The notes below the pieces were generated by a model. The model searched no databases. It saw only the letters and a list, made by a program, of their open reading frames with translations, and had not been told where the DNA came from. A DNA stretch of 63,963 nt, the filler included, from Thelocarpon superellum (taxonomy: Eukaryota): assembly GCA_026025795.1 (NCBI GenBank). It is 5 parts of 5 records of this genome, joined end to end, with 100 filler letters (N's around TTAATTAATTAA, not from the genome) between each part and the next. Parts side by side here need not be neighbours in the genome. Positions count along the whole stretch, not along the records: positions 14,058 to 28,006 come from JAPEUG010000443.1; positions 28,107 to 42,040 come from JAPEUG010000444.1; 3 more parts are not named here. The stretch is one strand, 5' to 3'. Shown piece by piece: positions 22,463 to 35,105 of this stretch (its first letter is position 1; each line of letters begins with the position of its first letter). Made by a program: the position numbers and the translations under genes.

Positions 22463-23748
22463 TTAAAACACGCTGATGTAGTTCCCGATCCGGTCCTTTT
22501 GGTTCTGCGCAATGCACTCGGCGATCCAGGTGATGTTGCGGATTTCCTGGTCATCGTGTTAGATGGCACGTGAAGTCCAAGAAGGCGGGCAAAGAGCGAG
22601 ACTGCTTACCTGCTCGCGTAACCGCACCCATGCGTACACGATCGAATAGGTAAACTGCCGCGTGAACGCCGTCTTGGAGAGCTCCATCTCCTTTTGGTAG
22701 AATAGATCCTCCAAGCTCTTGCCGTCGCCGCCGCTGCCGCCGCTCATGTTGCCGAGGCCACCGGCCCCAAGGCCCCCACCTTGCCCGAGACCCGTCGCGT
22801 CAAAGTAGGTCCGGTAGTCGCTGACGCCCTCAACCGCGATGCGCACCCCTTCGATGTCGTCGGCACGTGAGAGCATGAAGGTGCCTTCCGGGTGGAGTCG
22901 TCCGAAGTTGGGGTAGAGCTTCTTGCGGTCGGCTTTGGAAAGCTCCGTGCCAAAGGAGTTCAGCGTGATGTTGATACTTCGTCGGTCTGCCTCAAACCCC
23001 AAGATCTCCGTCATCTCCTCTGCCGTCGGCGTGCCGGAGATGTCGGGTGATTCGTTGACGAACCGGTAAAAGTCCTCGAGGTAGTTTTTGTACAGCGTGT
23101 TCCGTACGATCTCGATGTTGAGTTCGTCCAGGTCTTGCGAGCTGAGCGCCCCCTTGAAGTATGGCGCTAGCGGGGTCTCGATCAGGACCGAGTTATAGAG
23201 TTCCTCGATGTTGGTGGCGACACAGAGGACGGGCATCGTCTCGAACCATCCCAGCGGGTGACATCGATCGAGCAGCTCGCGTGTGTCTCGTTCGTGCAGC
23301 GTGCCGGTGATCAGCAGGGCGACGTTGTCGATCATGTATCCATAGGTGAGATAGTCCATGAACTTTGCCAAGGAGCCCACGGCATTGGCACGGAGGTATC
23401 GAAACTCCGAAATCAGCTTGTCCGTAGTCTTGCTGGCCAGCGCCGACGTGGATGGATTCGGTGGGAGAGAGGCGAGGAAGTCGCCATACGCTGGGGCCAG
23501 TTGGAGCTTCACGTCTGCGCCGAAGTATGAGCCCAAGGACTGCAACTTATCACGCACACTCGAGCGAGTTACCATCGATCGTAGCGCACTGGACCAGATT
23601 CCCATAGTTCTGGCTGGTCAGTAGAGTGTTCCGATATCCCCGAACAATGCCCTCGATGAAGCTGTTCGAATTCAGCACGGACCGAGGTCGACGAGAATCT
23701 CGTTTCGGTGACCTACCCATTGTCTACATTGAAGAAGAGACCCTCCAT
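22463..23748 (-). CDS. VMA6: V-type proton ATPase V0 subunit d
   Basis: [11 protein letters not shown] start, [37 protein letters not shown], and C-terminal [27 protein letters not shown]. Confidence 0.98.
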
Positions 23749-24085
23749 CGCGAGTAGCCTGGGTGTGCAAAGTGTAGTGCCTGCGTCTCGACGGCGAGAC
23801 AAGGCAGCTGTAATGGACGCTCCACGCGCTAACATTAACTACCGTAAGTCGTCGTACAAGTACGTGATCACTCCACCTACTCGTGATCGCTCGTGATTGG
23901 TCCGGCGTCCGGCGGTCGCGAGTTAACCATCCACGTGACCATGATCATCGCTAGTGCCGCCCACCGCCCAGCTCCAAATTTTCTAGCAAAAGCTCCATTG
24001 GGTCAAAGTTCCTCCTTCCCAAATCCCCAGTCCTCCATCTTTGCGGCAAGAGCGCCCGTGTCGGATCTGTACGAAAATCGTCATC

Positions 24086-26460
24086 ATGACGCTGTTGATC
24101 CTGACCGAGACGCCCGCGGGTTATGCACTGCTCAAAGCCCGTGACAAGAAACTGTTGAAGCGGGATGACCTGGCGGCCGAGACAGAAACCGCTGAGGGCA
24201 TCTGTAGCCTGTACGTCGACCTCGATGGCAATGAACCGCCACCCTAAGAGTAGTCGATTCATATATCCAATTGCTGACGATTCTACTACAGGCTCAAGCT
24301 TAAGCAATTCCAAAAGTTCGACAGCGCCGCAACGGCACTCGAAGAGGTGAGCGCATTGGTGGAGGGAAAAGTCACGCCGCTGTTGGCCTCCCTCTTGGAT
24401 ACGGTCAAAGATGAGAAGAAGGTCTCGCTCGCCGTGGCCGATCCCAAACTTGGTGAGTTACCCCGTGCTGCCGCCCTCATATCACGACTGACGGCGTCCC
24501 ACCAGGCAATGCCATCAATAAGCTCCCGTCCATTTCGCTCAACCCCATCTCCGACTCAACCACCTCCGATCTCTACCGCGCCATCCGTAACCATCTCCCT
24601 TCGCTCATCCCTGGGCTCCTGCCCAAAGACATTGCCACGATGTCGCTGGGATTGTCGCATTCGCTCTCGCGGCATAAGTTGAAATTCTCCCCGGACAAAG
24701 TCGACACCATGATCGTGCAAGCCATCGCCCTCTTGGACGATCTGGACAAGGAGCTTAACACGTATGCTATGAGAGTGAAGGAATGGTACGGCTGGCATTT
24801 CCCGGAGATGGGCAAGATCGTCAACGACAATGTGGCCTACTCCAGGGTCATTTTAGCCATGGGCATGCGATCTGATGCCGTCGACGTCGACCTAGCCGAG
24901 ATCCTGCCCGAAGAGATTGAGGCGGCCGTCAAAGCCGCGGCGGAGGTCAGCATGGGCACGGAGATCACCAGCATTGACCTCGACAACATCAAGGCCTTGG
25001 CCAGCCAAGTCGTCAGCTTCACGGAATATCGCCAGACCTTGTCGAGCTACCTCTCAGCCCGCATGACCGCAATCGCGCCCAACCTGACCACGCTCGTTGG
25101 CGAGCTAGTCGGTGCGCGGTTGATCGCGCATGCCGGAAGTCTCATGAACCTGGCCAAGAGCCCGGCTAGTACGATCCAGATCCTCGGCGCCGAGAAGGCC
25201 CTGTTCCGCGCCCTCAAGACGAAACACGATACTCCCAAGTACGGCCTGATCTATCACGCCTCGTTGATTGGTCAAGCCACGGGCCGCAACAAGGGCAAGA
25301 TTGCGCGAATGCTGGCGACCAAGGCGGCCATTGGGCTGCGCGTGGATGCTCTGTCCGACTGGAGCGCACATGGCGAAGGGAAGGGCGACGGGGTGACGGA
25401 GGAGGAGAAGTCCGCCTTGGGTCACGAGTCGCGCGCCAAGATCGAGCGGAGATTACGCGGTCTTGAGGGGAAGCCGCTCATACCACGAGTTGCCGTCGGC
25501 CCCAACGGCAAGGTGACCCCGGCCCCTGGCAAATGGGAGGTCAAGGAGGCGCGCAAATACAACCCTGATGCAGATGGTTTGATTGGCGATGAGCCGGCCG
25601 CCGCGGCCCCCGCCAAGCAGCTCATCAGCGAGAAGAAGGCGTCGGAAGCCAAGTTCAAGGCTGAGGCGAAAGCTATCAAGATGAGTGAAGAAGTGACGAC
25701 GAAGCCGGCACCCAACGGCACGGCGGGCGACTCAGACGGAAATGATGACTCTGACGAGGAGGAAGACGAGGAAGAGGACCAGGAAGGAAGAGAAGATGAT
25801 GGCAATGGGGAGGAGGATGAGGATGAGGATGAGGACATGGTTGAAGCACCCCCGGCCATCATCACGCAAACACCCACGCCAGCACCGAAGATGTCGGCCG
25901 CGACGAAGAACGGCGACGTGCATGACTCTGATACCCTATCCACCGTTTCCGACGATTCTCCTGATTCGGCCCCTTCGCCAACCCAACAAGAGCTCAACTG
26001 GCAATCTTCGATCCTCGGCAACACCAAAGTGGCGAAGAAAGCGCGAAAGAAGGAACGGCACGAGCGGAAGCTGGCTACGTCGGAGGAGCGGTCGAAGCAG
26101 AAGCAGGAGAAGAAGATCAAATTGGAGCGGCGTCTGGACCGGAAGCATCGACGAGCGCAGAAGCAAGCCCAGGTGGAGCGACGGGCGGATCGGGCCGATG
26201 CCCAATTCAGCCTTCCGGCCAAGCAGGCCGGCCTGAGCATCACCCGATATAAGCGGAAGCTGGAGCGAGGCGAGATCAAGTTTCAGCCGGACGGCACGGC
26301 CTACGCCATCAGCAAGAAAGATATCAAGAAGGCCCAGAAGGAGGCCGACAAGGGAGATCAAGAGGAGAAACACAAGAAGCGGAAGCGAGAAGCTGACGGG
26401 GACGACGAGGTGGAAGTGTCGGAGAAGAAGAAGAAGAAGAAAAAGAAGAGCAAGGCATGA
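24086..26460 (+). CDS. NOP58: Box C/D snoRNP protein Nop58
   Basis: [69 protein letters not shown], and an acidic plus poly-Lys tail. Two 5' introns. Confidence 0.97.
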
Positions 26461-26480
26461 GCAAGGCATGAGCAAGGCAT
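26448..26480 (+). repeat. 11-bp tandem repeat (GAGCAAGGCAT)x3 spanning the NOP58 stop codon
   Basis: Three exact copies read directly from the sequence. Confidence 0.9.
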
Positions 26481-26844
26481 GGTGCGAGCCGTTGCCTGGC
26501 ATACACTCGTCCTTTAACCGTTGGCTTTCTCTTCTCTTAGGCGTCCTGTATCTTGTGTAGTCATGCCGCCTCGCTCCGCTTTGGCTACGGCGGTGGCCTT
26601 GGGAAGTCACTGGAAATGTACTGCAAGACGGAGAGATCCTTGCCGTCTCGTAGAACCCAACGTAGCGCTCGTGAGTGAAACGAACGTAAGTACGGAGGGC
26701 AGAAGAGCTTGGCCAGGCCGTAAGTTCACCGGAATCCGCGCAAGTTGTGATATGTTTGTCACCTGGCCCAAACGAGATCCGAATTTCTCCCATCACTCCG
26801 CCATCTCTACTCCCCAACCAACTCAGGTCGGTGGAGTCGTGACC

Positions 26845-27464
26845 ATGAAAGTACGTAAGCCCCACGACCGGTCATGTTTTCCAGCATCCATTCCTTCTCA
26901 CTAGCCATCGATAGGTCCTTGAGACGCAGTCTGCGCACCTGACAAATCATGAGGTCCTGGATCACGTTGAGGGTATGCGTGCTCGCTACCGAGGCGTCGC
27001 CCGCCGCCGCCCCAGCGCGGCGTCTATGAAATCTAGCAATCTCGAGACAATGATGAAAGAGGTGGGGAGACTCTTGTCGACCACACTTCCGCATGCCATG
27101 TTGACCGGGTCCGCCTTTCCAGTTGACCGAGTACCTCCGTCGCGACCCCTCTCCGCTGGCCTCCCCATCCGGCTTCTCCAACGCCACAATCCGAGCTCTC
27201 TTTGGAGCGATGCAGCCATATAATCTCACCAAGGCCGAGATGCTGATGTTGCTCAACCTCCGACCGCAAAGCATCCCCGTCCTCGACGCCATCATTGAGG
27301 AGATGGAGGCACGCTTCACCAACGAGGAGCAAGAACGGATCCTCGCCGTCGTGGAAGAGATCCTGGACCGCGGACCGGACCAGGATGTTGCGTCGGCCGC
27401 TACCCAATTCGTGGGCCAAATGCGTCAGGATCGAGCGAGTCGCATGAATGAGACCAACGCTTAG
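26845..27464 (+). CDS. RPC17: RNA polymerase III subunit Rpc17/RPC9 (Rpb4 family)
   Basis: MK|VLETQSAHLTNHEVLDH and LTKAEMLMLLNLRP...LDAIIEEMEARF..EEQERIL. Introns 26851-26914 and 27062-27122. Confidence 0.88.
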
Positions 27465-27698
27465 TCCTCAACAGCCAGGGTGTGTCAAACAAAGGTCCTG
27501 TTATTCTGCTTTCTACCACAAGCCATGCGGCACCTGGCGAGGAACAATGGCTCGTCCCTACCACCACCCCACGGATCAGGCGTGACAACGTCGGAGACGC
27601 GACAGTGGCCGTAACATATATATCTCCCGCCGGGCGACTTAGGGTGAGGGGTAATCGTACCCCTTGTCCAGATTCCAGCACGCTATATACACAACAAG

Positions 27699-28006
27699 AT
27701 GAGCGGACCGCTCGAGACTACGTTTGGCGTCGAACTGGAGTTCCTTATCAAGGCCCCCAGACCTAAAACGTTGAGTGAAGTGGAGGGATCCTTTTCTGGC
27801 TCTTCTGACTCGTGCCCGGAGGTAGAAGATGCTGAATATGACGAGGTGGAGCAGACGCTTCGCCTGGCAGGCCTGGAGGTGAACCCAGTCGACCGCGGCG
27901 AGCAGGAGAGAAATTATGACAAGTGGACCGTTACCGTAGATGGCACGGTCAAAGGGGGCGATGACTCCGGCGAGGCGGACAAGCTCGGCGCGAACTTCGT
28001 CTTGGT
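27699..28006 (+). CDS. Putative amidoligase (COOH-NH2 ligase, Amidoligase_2-like), 3'-truncated
   Basis: N-terminal TFGVELEF and YDKWTVTVDGTV motifs typical of this family; the ORF runs into the spacer. Confidence 0.7.
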
Positions 28007-28106
28007 NNNNNNNNNNNNNNNNNNNNNNNNNNNNNNNNNNNNNNNNNNNNTTAATTAATTAANNNNNNNNNNNNNNNNNNNNNNNNNNNNNNNNNNNNNN
28101 NNNNNN
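28007..28106. other. Artificial contig spacer
   Basis: N44-TTAATTAATTAA-N44. Confidence 0.98.
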
Positions 28107-28223
28107 GAACCGCCGCCATCGCAATCGCATGCTACACCAGTAAAAGGGAAGGAAGAAGAGACACCCACAGGAAGGGGTGGAGGGAAAAGACGGACGTGGA
28201 GAGGGGACTGGAGGGAAGCCTCA

Positions 28224-29821
28224 CTAAGAGGCCTCAACGGTGGCAAAGACCCTCCAATTCCCTTCGACGTCTCGCTTCCACACGCGGAGCTTGGCGTCGT
28301 CGCCTGTCGTCATGAGTTCTACGCCTTGAATGGCTATACGATTCACTAAGTAAGCCAGAATCGCTGAAGGAGTGCGCCACATAGGACAACCCACCAACTT
28401 TAGTCCACTTCAGTCCCCACACTGTTCCGTGACCGTGTTCGGAAATGGCCGCTACTTCGCGCACTTGGCTCAGGACCCTGCTGCGGTCGGTTGGATCGGG
28501 GCCAGATGCCGAGGATGAGGCGATCGGATTGCGAGAGGAGGAGGAGATGGATGACGAGGCTAGCCCGGCTGAAATGCCCGATGGCGTCGGAGGTATGATC
28601 CGGGAGAGCGTGGTCTCGGGAATGGCCGACACGGGTCGAACGCCGTTGGTCGGAGGATGAGGTGTGGAGGTCGGAATAGAGGAGATGGTAGGGGGTTGGG
28701 TATCCGTGGACGTCGAGAGAGAATGCAGCTCGAAGATGCGAATGTAGCCGTCTTTGCAAGCTGTCGCGATCATGTCGTATCCACGCGTCGAGCCATCGGC
28801 CCAAGTCACGTCGCGGATCACTCCATGGTGGCCGCTCAGCTCCGCTGCCTGGTAGAAGGTCTTTGAGGCGTCGGTGCGCCAGACCCTCACCGTATCGGCG
28901 CCGCTCGTAACAAGTGATAGTGCCGTGGCGTCCAGACCTGCGTTGACGGCCGTGTAGCAGGGAACGACGTTCGGATCGAACTGGACTTTGAATCCGTCCT
29001 CCTCTCCTCGAACCGGAGGGGTACAGATGCGGAACTCATCCAAGAACATCCACTGCGTCAGTTTTTCGGGCTCATTGGCCTCGTAGACAGAGAGTAGCCC
29101 CGAGCGAGTGAGAATGGCGAGGTATGTCTCTTCGTAGTTGTTGCTTCGGAAGTCAAAGGAAGCAAACGGTGCCGTGGCTTGAGAGTGCAAGGTGAAGATG
29201 CACTTGAATCGCCGGCCGGAGTTGAGCGGCTCGGCCACGTCCTCCTCCCACAGCTTGAACTTGCCATCGTTGCCGATGCTTCCGATGATGTCTCCGACGT
29301 AAGGCGAGGTCCACTTGGCCTTCGTTGATGGGGAGTTAGCCAGGGCCATCGTGGAAGTCGTCCTCACACGACTTACCTCAAAGATCTCAGCGTCATGCGC
29401 CCGCCATGTATCCTGGAGCAGCCAGGAGCCGTCCTCCTGCTTCTCGTGGACCTTTAGTCGATGGTCGGCTCCGCCCGTGACCCGGCGCTTCCCGTAGAAG
29501 TCTAGATGAGATTAGCAGAGACAGGAAGTGAGATCTCGACATGAACGCACTGTACGCGACGGTGCGGACAGCGTCCACATGGTCATGTTCGCCCGTGGCG
29601 AACCCCGTCGAGACGTACTCCTCCATCAAGGCTCTGGCGATGTATTCGCCAGAGACCTCGTAGAGGTCCCCCGAGCTGCCCTCGTCGTCGTCGTGATGGA
29701 CAACTTGGTCCCTCACGGCACCCCCCGGATGATGAGCCCCGTTAGCAGGGCGTTCCTCTTCAAAGCGGAAGAGGTCCCACGCGGGATCATCCGCAGGGGT
29801 TGGTGAGGGAGGGAAGCTCAT
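28224..29821 (-). CDS. SEH1: WD40 nucleoporin / SEA(GATOR2) complex subunit Seh1
   Basis: YNFYGKRRVTGGADHRLKV, DTWRAHDAEIFE, GSIGNDGKFKLWEED, IRDVTWADGSTRGYDMIATACKDGYIRIFE, and LMTTGDDAKLRVWKR. Confidence 0.92.
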
Positions 29822-30059
29822 GGTAGGCGAGGGGAACCGTTTAGTTATGTGGGCTGGCGTCGGCGCGATACCTATCTAGGACTGGCGTGATGAAGGCGGT
29901 GAGTATTTCTGCCGGGCGCCTGATGATTATGGTGTGGTTGTCGGCTGGCGAGCCCCGGTAGCGTCCTGCCGGGTAACTACACGGGGCGGGCCCCGACAAC
30001 CTTCGGACACTTCGCTACACTTCGGAACACGTATTCACCGGGCGACCTCCCACAACATC

Positions 30060-31545
30060 ATGGCGTCCGCCTTGAGCAAGACGGAAACACTGTCACTTCT
30101 CCTGCTGGCGGGAGGATGTGTCGCAATTACAGCAAACACCTTCCATGGTGACGGCGAGCCTCTGATTGCCTCGTTGGCCTTTAGCGGGATCGCCTTCTCG
30201 GTGACGTTCTGCTTGATACGATGGTTGGGCGACGCGTTCATGAAGGTGGGGTTAAAGGGACGCGACATGGCCAAGACGAGAACAACGGAGATGTAAGTCA
30301 AAGGGGTCAACCCGGAGGACTGGACGCTACTAACCGAACAGACCCGAGACAATGGGAGCCATCTGTGCAATCGTCTACCTTCTCGTTATCATCATCTTCA
30401 TTCCGTTTCCCTTTTACAAGGACATCGTCGCCGCTACGTCGGGAGGCGGGAATCGAGACGTGGTGGTGGAGCTAGAGCAGATCCACACGGGCCGGTTCTT
30501 GCACCGCTTTCCTCATAGCAAGGTGGGGAAATCAGCCCATTGAACCGCTTCTCGGCTGACTGGACAGCTCGCGTCCTACTTGTCGGCGATTCTATCCCTC
30601 CAGTCGGTGGTACTACTGGGCGTTGGCGACGATCTCTTCGACATTCGATGGCGCGATAAAGTGTTGATTCCGGCATTTGCCTCGATTCCAATGCTGATCG
30701 TGTACTTTGTCGACTTTGGCGTCACCAAGGTCGTCGTGCCCGTTCCATTGCAGCAATACCTCGGCGAGCTCGTCGACCTCGGATGGCTCTACTACATCTA
30801 CATGGCAGCGGTGGCCATCTTCTGCCCCAACAGCATCAACATCCTGGCGGGGATCAACGGTATCGAAGTCAGCCAATCGCTCGTCATCGCCTTCCTCCTC
30901 ATCGTCAACGATCTCCTGTACCTCGCCCCCATCACGCCCTACCCACACCCAGCGACAGACTCACACCTCTTCTCGCTCTACCTCCTCCTCCCCTTCATCG
31001 GTGTCAGTCTCGCCCTGTGGTGGCACAACTGGTACCCTGCCAAGGTCTTCGTGGGCGACACCTACTGCTACTTCGCCGGCATGGTGTTCGCCATCGTCGG
31101 CATTCTCGGCCACTTCAGCAAGACGCTGCTGCTCCTCCTGGTGCCACAGATCTTCAACTTCCTCTACTCGGCTCCGCAACTCGCGCACATCGTCCCCTGT
31201 CCGCGGCACCGCCTCCCACGATTCAACGCGCGAACGGGTCTGCTCGAACCGTCGCGAGCCTCGTTCCCGGAGCACCGACCGCCGTCTCCGCTCGTGGCGC
31301 TCGCTCTCAAGACACTGTACAAGCTGCACCTGGTGGACGTCGCGACCGACGAGAAAGGCAGAATCACATCCTGCTCCAACCTCACCATTCTCAATCTGTG
31401 GCTTGTCTGGTGGGGACCCATGCGTGAAGATCGCCTCGCTATGGGCCTGCTGGCCATGCAGACCGCCGCGGGCTTGATGGGCCTGCTGGTGCGCCACCGT
31501 CTTGCGCTGTTTTTGTTCAAAGAGGATAATCTGCGTTTGCTGTAG
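30060..31545 (+). CDS. ALG7: UDP-GlcNAc:dolichyl-phosphate GlcNAc-1-phosphate transferase
   Basis: GLKGRDMAK, PETMGAI, LGVGDDLFDIRWR, FCPNSINILAGINGIE, VFVGDTYCYFAG and CPRHRLPRFN. Confidence 0.97.
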
Positions 31546-31824
31546 GCTGCGTCCCTCCTCTCCCTTGTCTCTTGTGGTCATGGTTCATCATCCTAGTACC
31601 TCGTCGGGCCTCCGACTTGCATTGGCGTGTACAGGCGTTTAGCATCGCGTGCGAGGAGCAAGCCGGACAGAGATCGAATAATTTGCTTGAACTTGATTGA
31701 TACACTACTGCGGACATGAACAAGATAAAAGGCACGACTACATGACCGTCCCTCGTTCCTCTTCCCTTCCATTCCCTTCCCTTTCACCGCTTTTAGCAAC
31801 TCACCCCTCCCGCAGCCATCCACG

Positions 31825-34800
31825 CTACAACTTGCCGGGCGCATCGACCAACTCGGCCGCGGCACCAGCAATGCAGAGCTTCCCGGTATCCATGACCTTG
31901 GTCTGGAAGACGACGGTGTTGCCCTCCTTCCACATCTCGGTGCGCAGAGTCTGACCGGGCAGCACAACGCCGGCGAAGCGCACTTTGATGTTCTTCACGG
32001 GGCCGTATTTGCGGTAGACGTGCTTGGCAGAGATGCCAAAGAAGCAGAGGCCGTGCAGGATTGGTACCTTGAAGCCTCCAACCTTGCTGAACGCCGGGTC
32101 GATGTGAAGCGGGTTACGGTCCCCATTGAGCCGGTACAGTGCGGCTTGTTCCTCGGTGGTCGTCTCTTCGAAGATGGCGTCCGGCTTGCGTGCGGGCGCC
32201 TTGTGGGCTGCCGTGGCGGCGCCGCGCTTCGTGGGCGCTTTTTGGCCGCCAAAGCCGCCAGAGCCCCGGATGAAGACGGACGATTCGTTGTAGAAGACGT
32301 CTTGGCCCGTTGAGGCGTCTTTGGTCGTCGTGCCGATGATGACGACCGATGCGCTGCCCTTGTCTACAACCTCGACAAGCTGAGGGTATGAGACGAGCTT
32401 TGCAGCAGTCGGGATCGGGTATTTGCGGATCTCGAGAAATTGCTCGCCGTGAAGAAGCATCATCTGGTGAGGTCAGCGGATGTAGACGAGAATAGGATCG
32501 TATTGCTCTTACCGGTGAGAAGTTGGGCACAATGTCCGCATAGTTAAAGGGGGCCTGGGCTCCGAAATACGGCACGACGCCGAAGCCGGGAAGGGCCTGG
32601 AAGTGCTCGTCTCCCTCGTAGACAAAAGGAAGATCCGTTCGCTTGGCTCCAACACCAAGATCTGTCATTGTTAGTCTGGGGTCCAAGACATGTTGGATGG
32701 TGGCCGTACTGTAGAGGATAACATCCTTGTCATCATACACAAATTCCGTCCCCTCGGCTTTGGCTTGTTTCGCTTTCTCGATGTTGCCGAGGATCTCTTC
32801 GTTCACCTTGGGAGCTTTCGAGGCCTTGCCACCAGATCGGTTCTCCATGTTCGCCATGATGCTCTTCAGTCCGTCTTGGCTGTCTTCCGGATGATCGGCG
32901 CGGCCGTCGTCGAAGTTGACAATCTGCTTCCACACCTTGGCCACGGCCTCAGGGGTCAATTTGACGTCGATGGGGAAGCCATGGCCACCGCTACGTTGCC
33001 ATCGTGTACGGCCAACCCATCCGCTGCCAACTTCGAACAAACCTCCAGTGGGAGGATTGGGCACCTTATCGCTGCTGAGAAGCACCACGAGAGGAGCAAC
33101 GTATTCGGGCTTGAACGCCTGGACCATCTCCTCGGGCATGATGCTCCGCGTCATGTTGGTACCAGCATTGGGAGCGATGGTGTTGACAAAAATGTTGTAT
33201 TTGGCACCTTCACGGGCGATGGCACGCGAGAAGCCCAAGATACCGGCTTTCTGTGATACCGTCAACTCTACCCTAGGACAGAAGTCATCGATGGCCACTC
33301 ACCGCCGCAGCATAGTTGGCTTGGCCAAAATTACCGTAGATACCGCTGGTGCTGGTCGTGTTGACCACTCGGCCGTACTTCTGCTTGAGGAAATATGGCC
33401 ACGCGGCCTTGGTGACCTTGTACGTTCCGCGCAAGTGGACGGCGACGACCTGATCCCAGAGCTTGTCGTCCATGTTGTTAAAGGCCTTGTCACGGAGGAT
33501 CCCGGCATTGTTGATGACGATATCGACCCTTCCGTATGCGTCGATGGCGGCCTTGACGACAGCATCGCCGTCCTCGGCCGAAGCCTTATTACCCACGGCC
33601 TTTCCTCCGGCCTGGACAATCTCTTGGACCACGGTGTCGGGGTTGACCAGGTCATTGACGACCACAGAGGCACCGAGCTTGGCGAACAGAAGGGCGTAAG
33701 AGCGGCCGAGACTGGACGATGTTAGCGAAAACGGCACATTCAGCAGCCTCTCCTCCTTACCCCGCTCCTCCACCGGTGATCAGCGCAACTCTTCCGTTGA
33801 AGTCTACCGGCTCTCCCACGTCGTTGCTCCCAAGTTTCTGAGCATCCTCGAGCAACTCCATGAAGTTTGCCGGTCCTTGCGGATGGGTTGGGGCAGAGAA
33901 GTCGTTGACGTTGCTCCATTTCTTCAAGATGGCGCCGGGCGTGAGAGTGGCGTCGGTTTTGAGGAGGGCACCCTTGGCACGCTCCCATCGTAGCTTGGCC
34001 ACGTGTCCACCGCCCACTTCGAAGATGGAGCCCGTCTCGGTCTTGTTGGAGGAATGGACAAGGTACGCCACCAAGGGGACGACCCAGTCGGGCTTCAGAT
34101 TCTCGAGAATATCCGGAGGCATGACAGTCTCGGTCATTCGGCTGGCGGCTGCTGGAATGAGCGGGGTCCCCTAGCGCCTCTTCGATGTTCTCTCTACTCA
34201 CCGATCGGGGCAATGACATTGGTCAGGATGTTGTATTTGAAGCCCTCTTTGGCGAGCGTCTCCGTGAAGCCAACCTGGGACAGTTTGGCGGCTGTATGGG
34301 TCAGTTTTGTCGTGTCACCCCCGGAATGCTCATCTCACCCGAGTAGTTAGCCTGGCCGAAGTTTCCAAACAGACCAGCGGCCGACGCAGTGTTGATGACT
34401 CGGCCATACTTTTGCTTCCGGAAATAAGGCCATGCGGCGCGAGCGCACTTTTCGAACATCATCAGCATGGGCATGGTGGATTCCCATGTCGACAAGACCC
34501 ACCTTGTAGGCACCCTTGATGTGCACCTTGACAATCAAGTCCCAGTCCTCATCTTTCATGTTCTTGAAGCTGCTGTCTCGCAAGATGCCGGCATTGTTGA
34601 GAAGCACATCGACCCGACCGAAGTTTTGGATGGCCGTCTCAATGATGCGTTCGCCATTCTCGACGCTGTCGTAGTTGGCGACGGCCTTGCCACCCGCGGC
34701 CCGAATCTCATCAACCACGACATCGGCAGCCTTTAGAGAGCAGGTTAGCTTGGGGTTTGGTAGAGACGTTGGGTAGCCGACCTTGGTTGAGGAACCGCTC

Positions 34801-34940
34801 TCGCCCTTCAAAGAGCCGCCCAGGTCATTGACCACCACGTTTGCGCCACGTGAGGCGAAGAACGTGGCATATGCCTTCCCTAGCCCACCGCCGGCGCCGG
34901 TGACGACGACGGTCTGGTTGTCGAACCGGATGTCAGACAT
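31825..34940 (-). CDS. FOX2: Peroxisomal multifunctional beta-oxidation enzyme (hydratase-dehydrogenase-epimerase)
   Basis: Two SDR domains ([11 protein letters not shown] and ALITGGGAG, each with NNAGILRD and GNFGQANY) followed by a MaoC hydratase ([21 protein letters not shown]). C-terminus GKL. Confidence 0.98.
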
Positions 34941-35099
34941 GATCGCGACGTCTGTAGAGTCAGATAGTGCTCCTAATCATCAAAGGACAAATTCCCACAG
35001 AAGAGAGAGAGGGGAGGGTGGTAGAGTGGAGGCAAGGGGGGTAGAGTTGGGTTAGGTTGGAGAAGTATGGTGGAGCGAACGAGGCCATGCCCGCATGTA

Positions 35100-35105
35100 C
35101 CGAGG
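35100..35105. promoter_or_regulatory. CCGAGG (CCTCGG) FarA/FarB-type fatty-acid induction element
   Basis: Exact core 160 bp upstream of the FOX2 ATG. This is the known motif of beta-oxidation promoters in filamentous ascomycetes, but it is only a 6-mer. Confidence 0.55.

Noticed and set aside
25700..26460. Unusually long Nop58 tail with an [17 protein letters not shown] module
   Set aside because: Similar acidic/Lys-rich tails with this module are, from recall, already seen in Nop58 of other filamentous ascomycetes.
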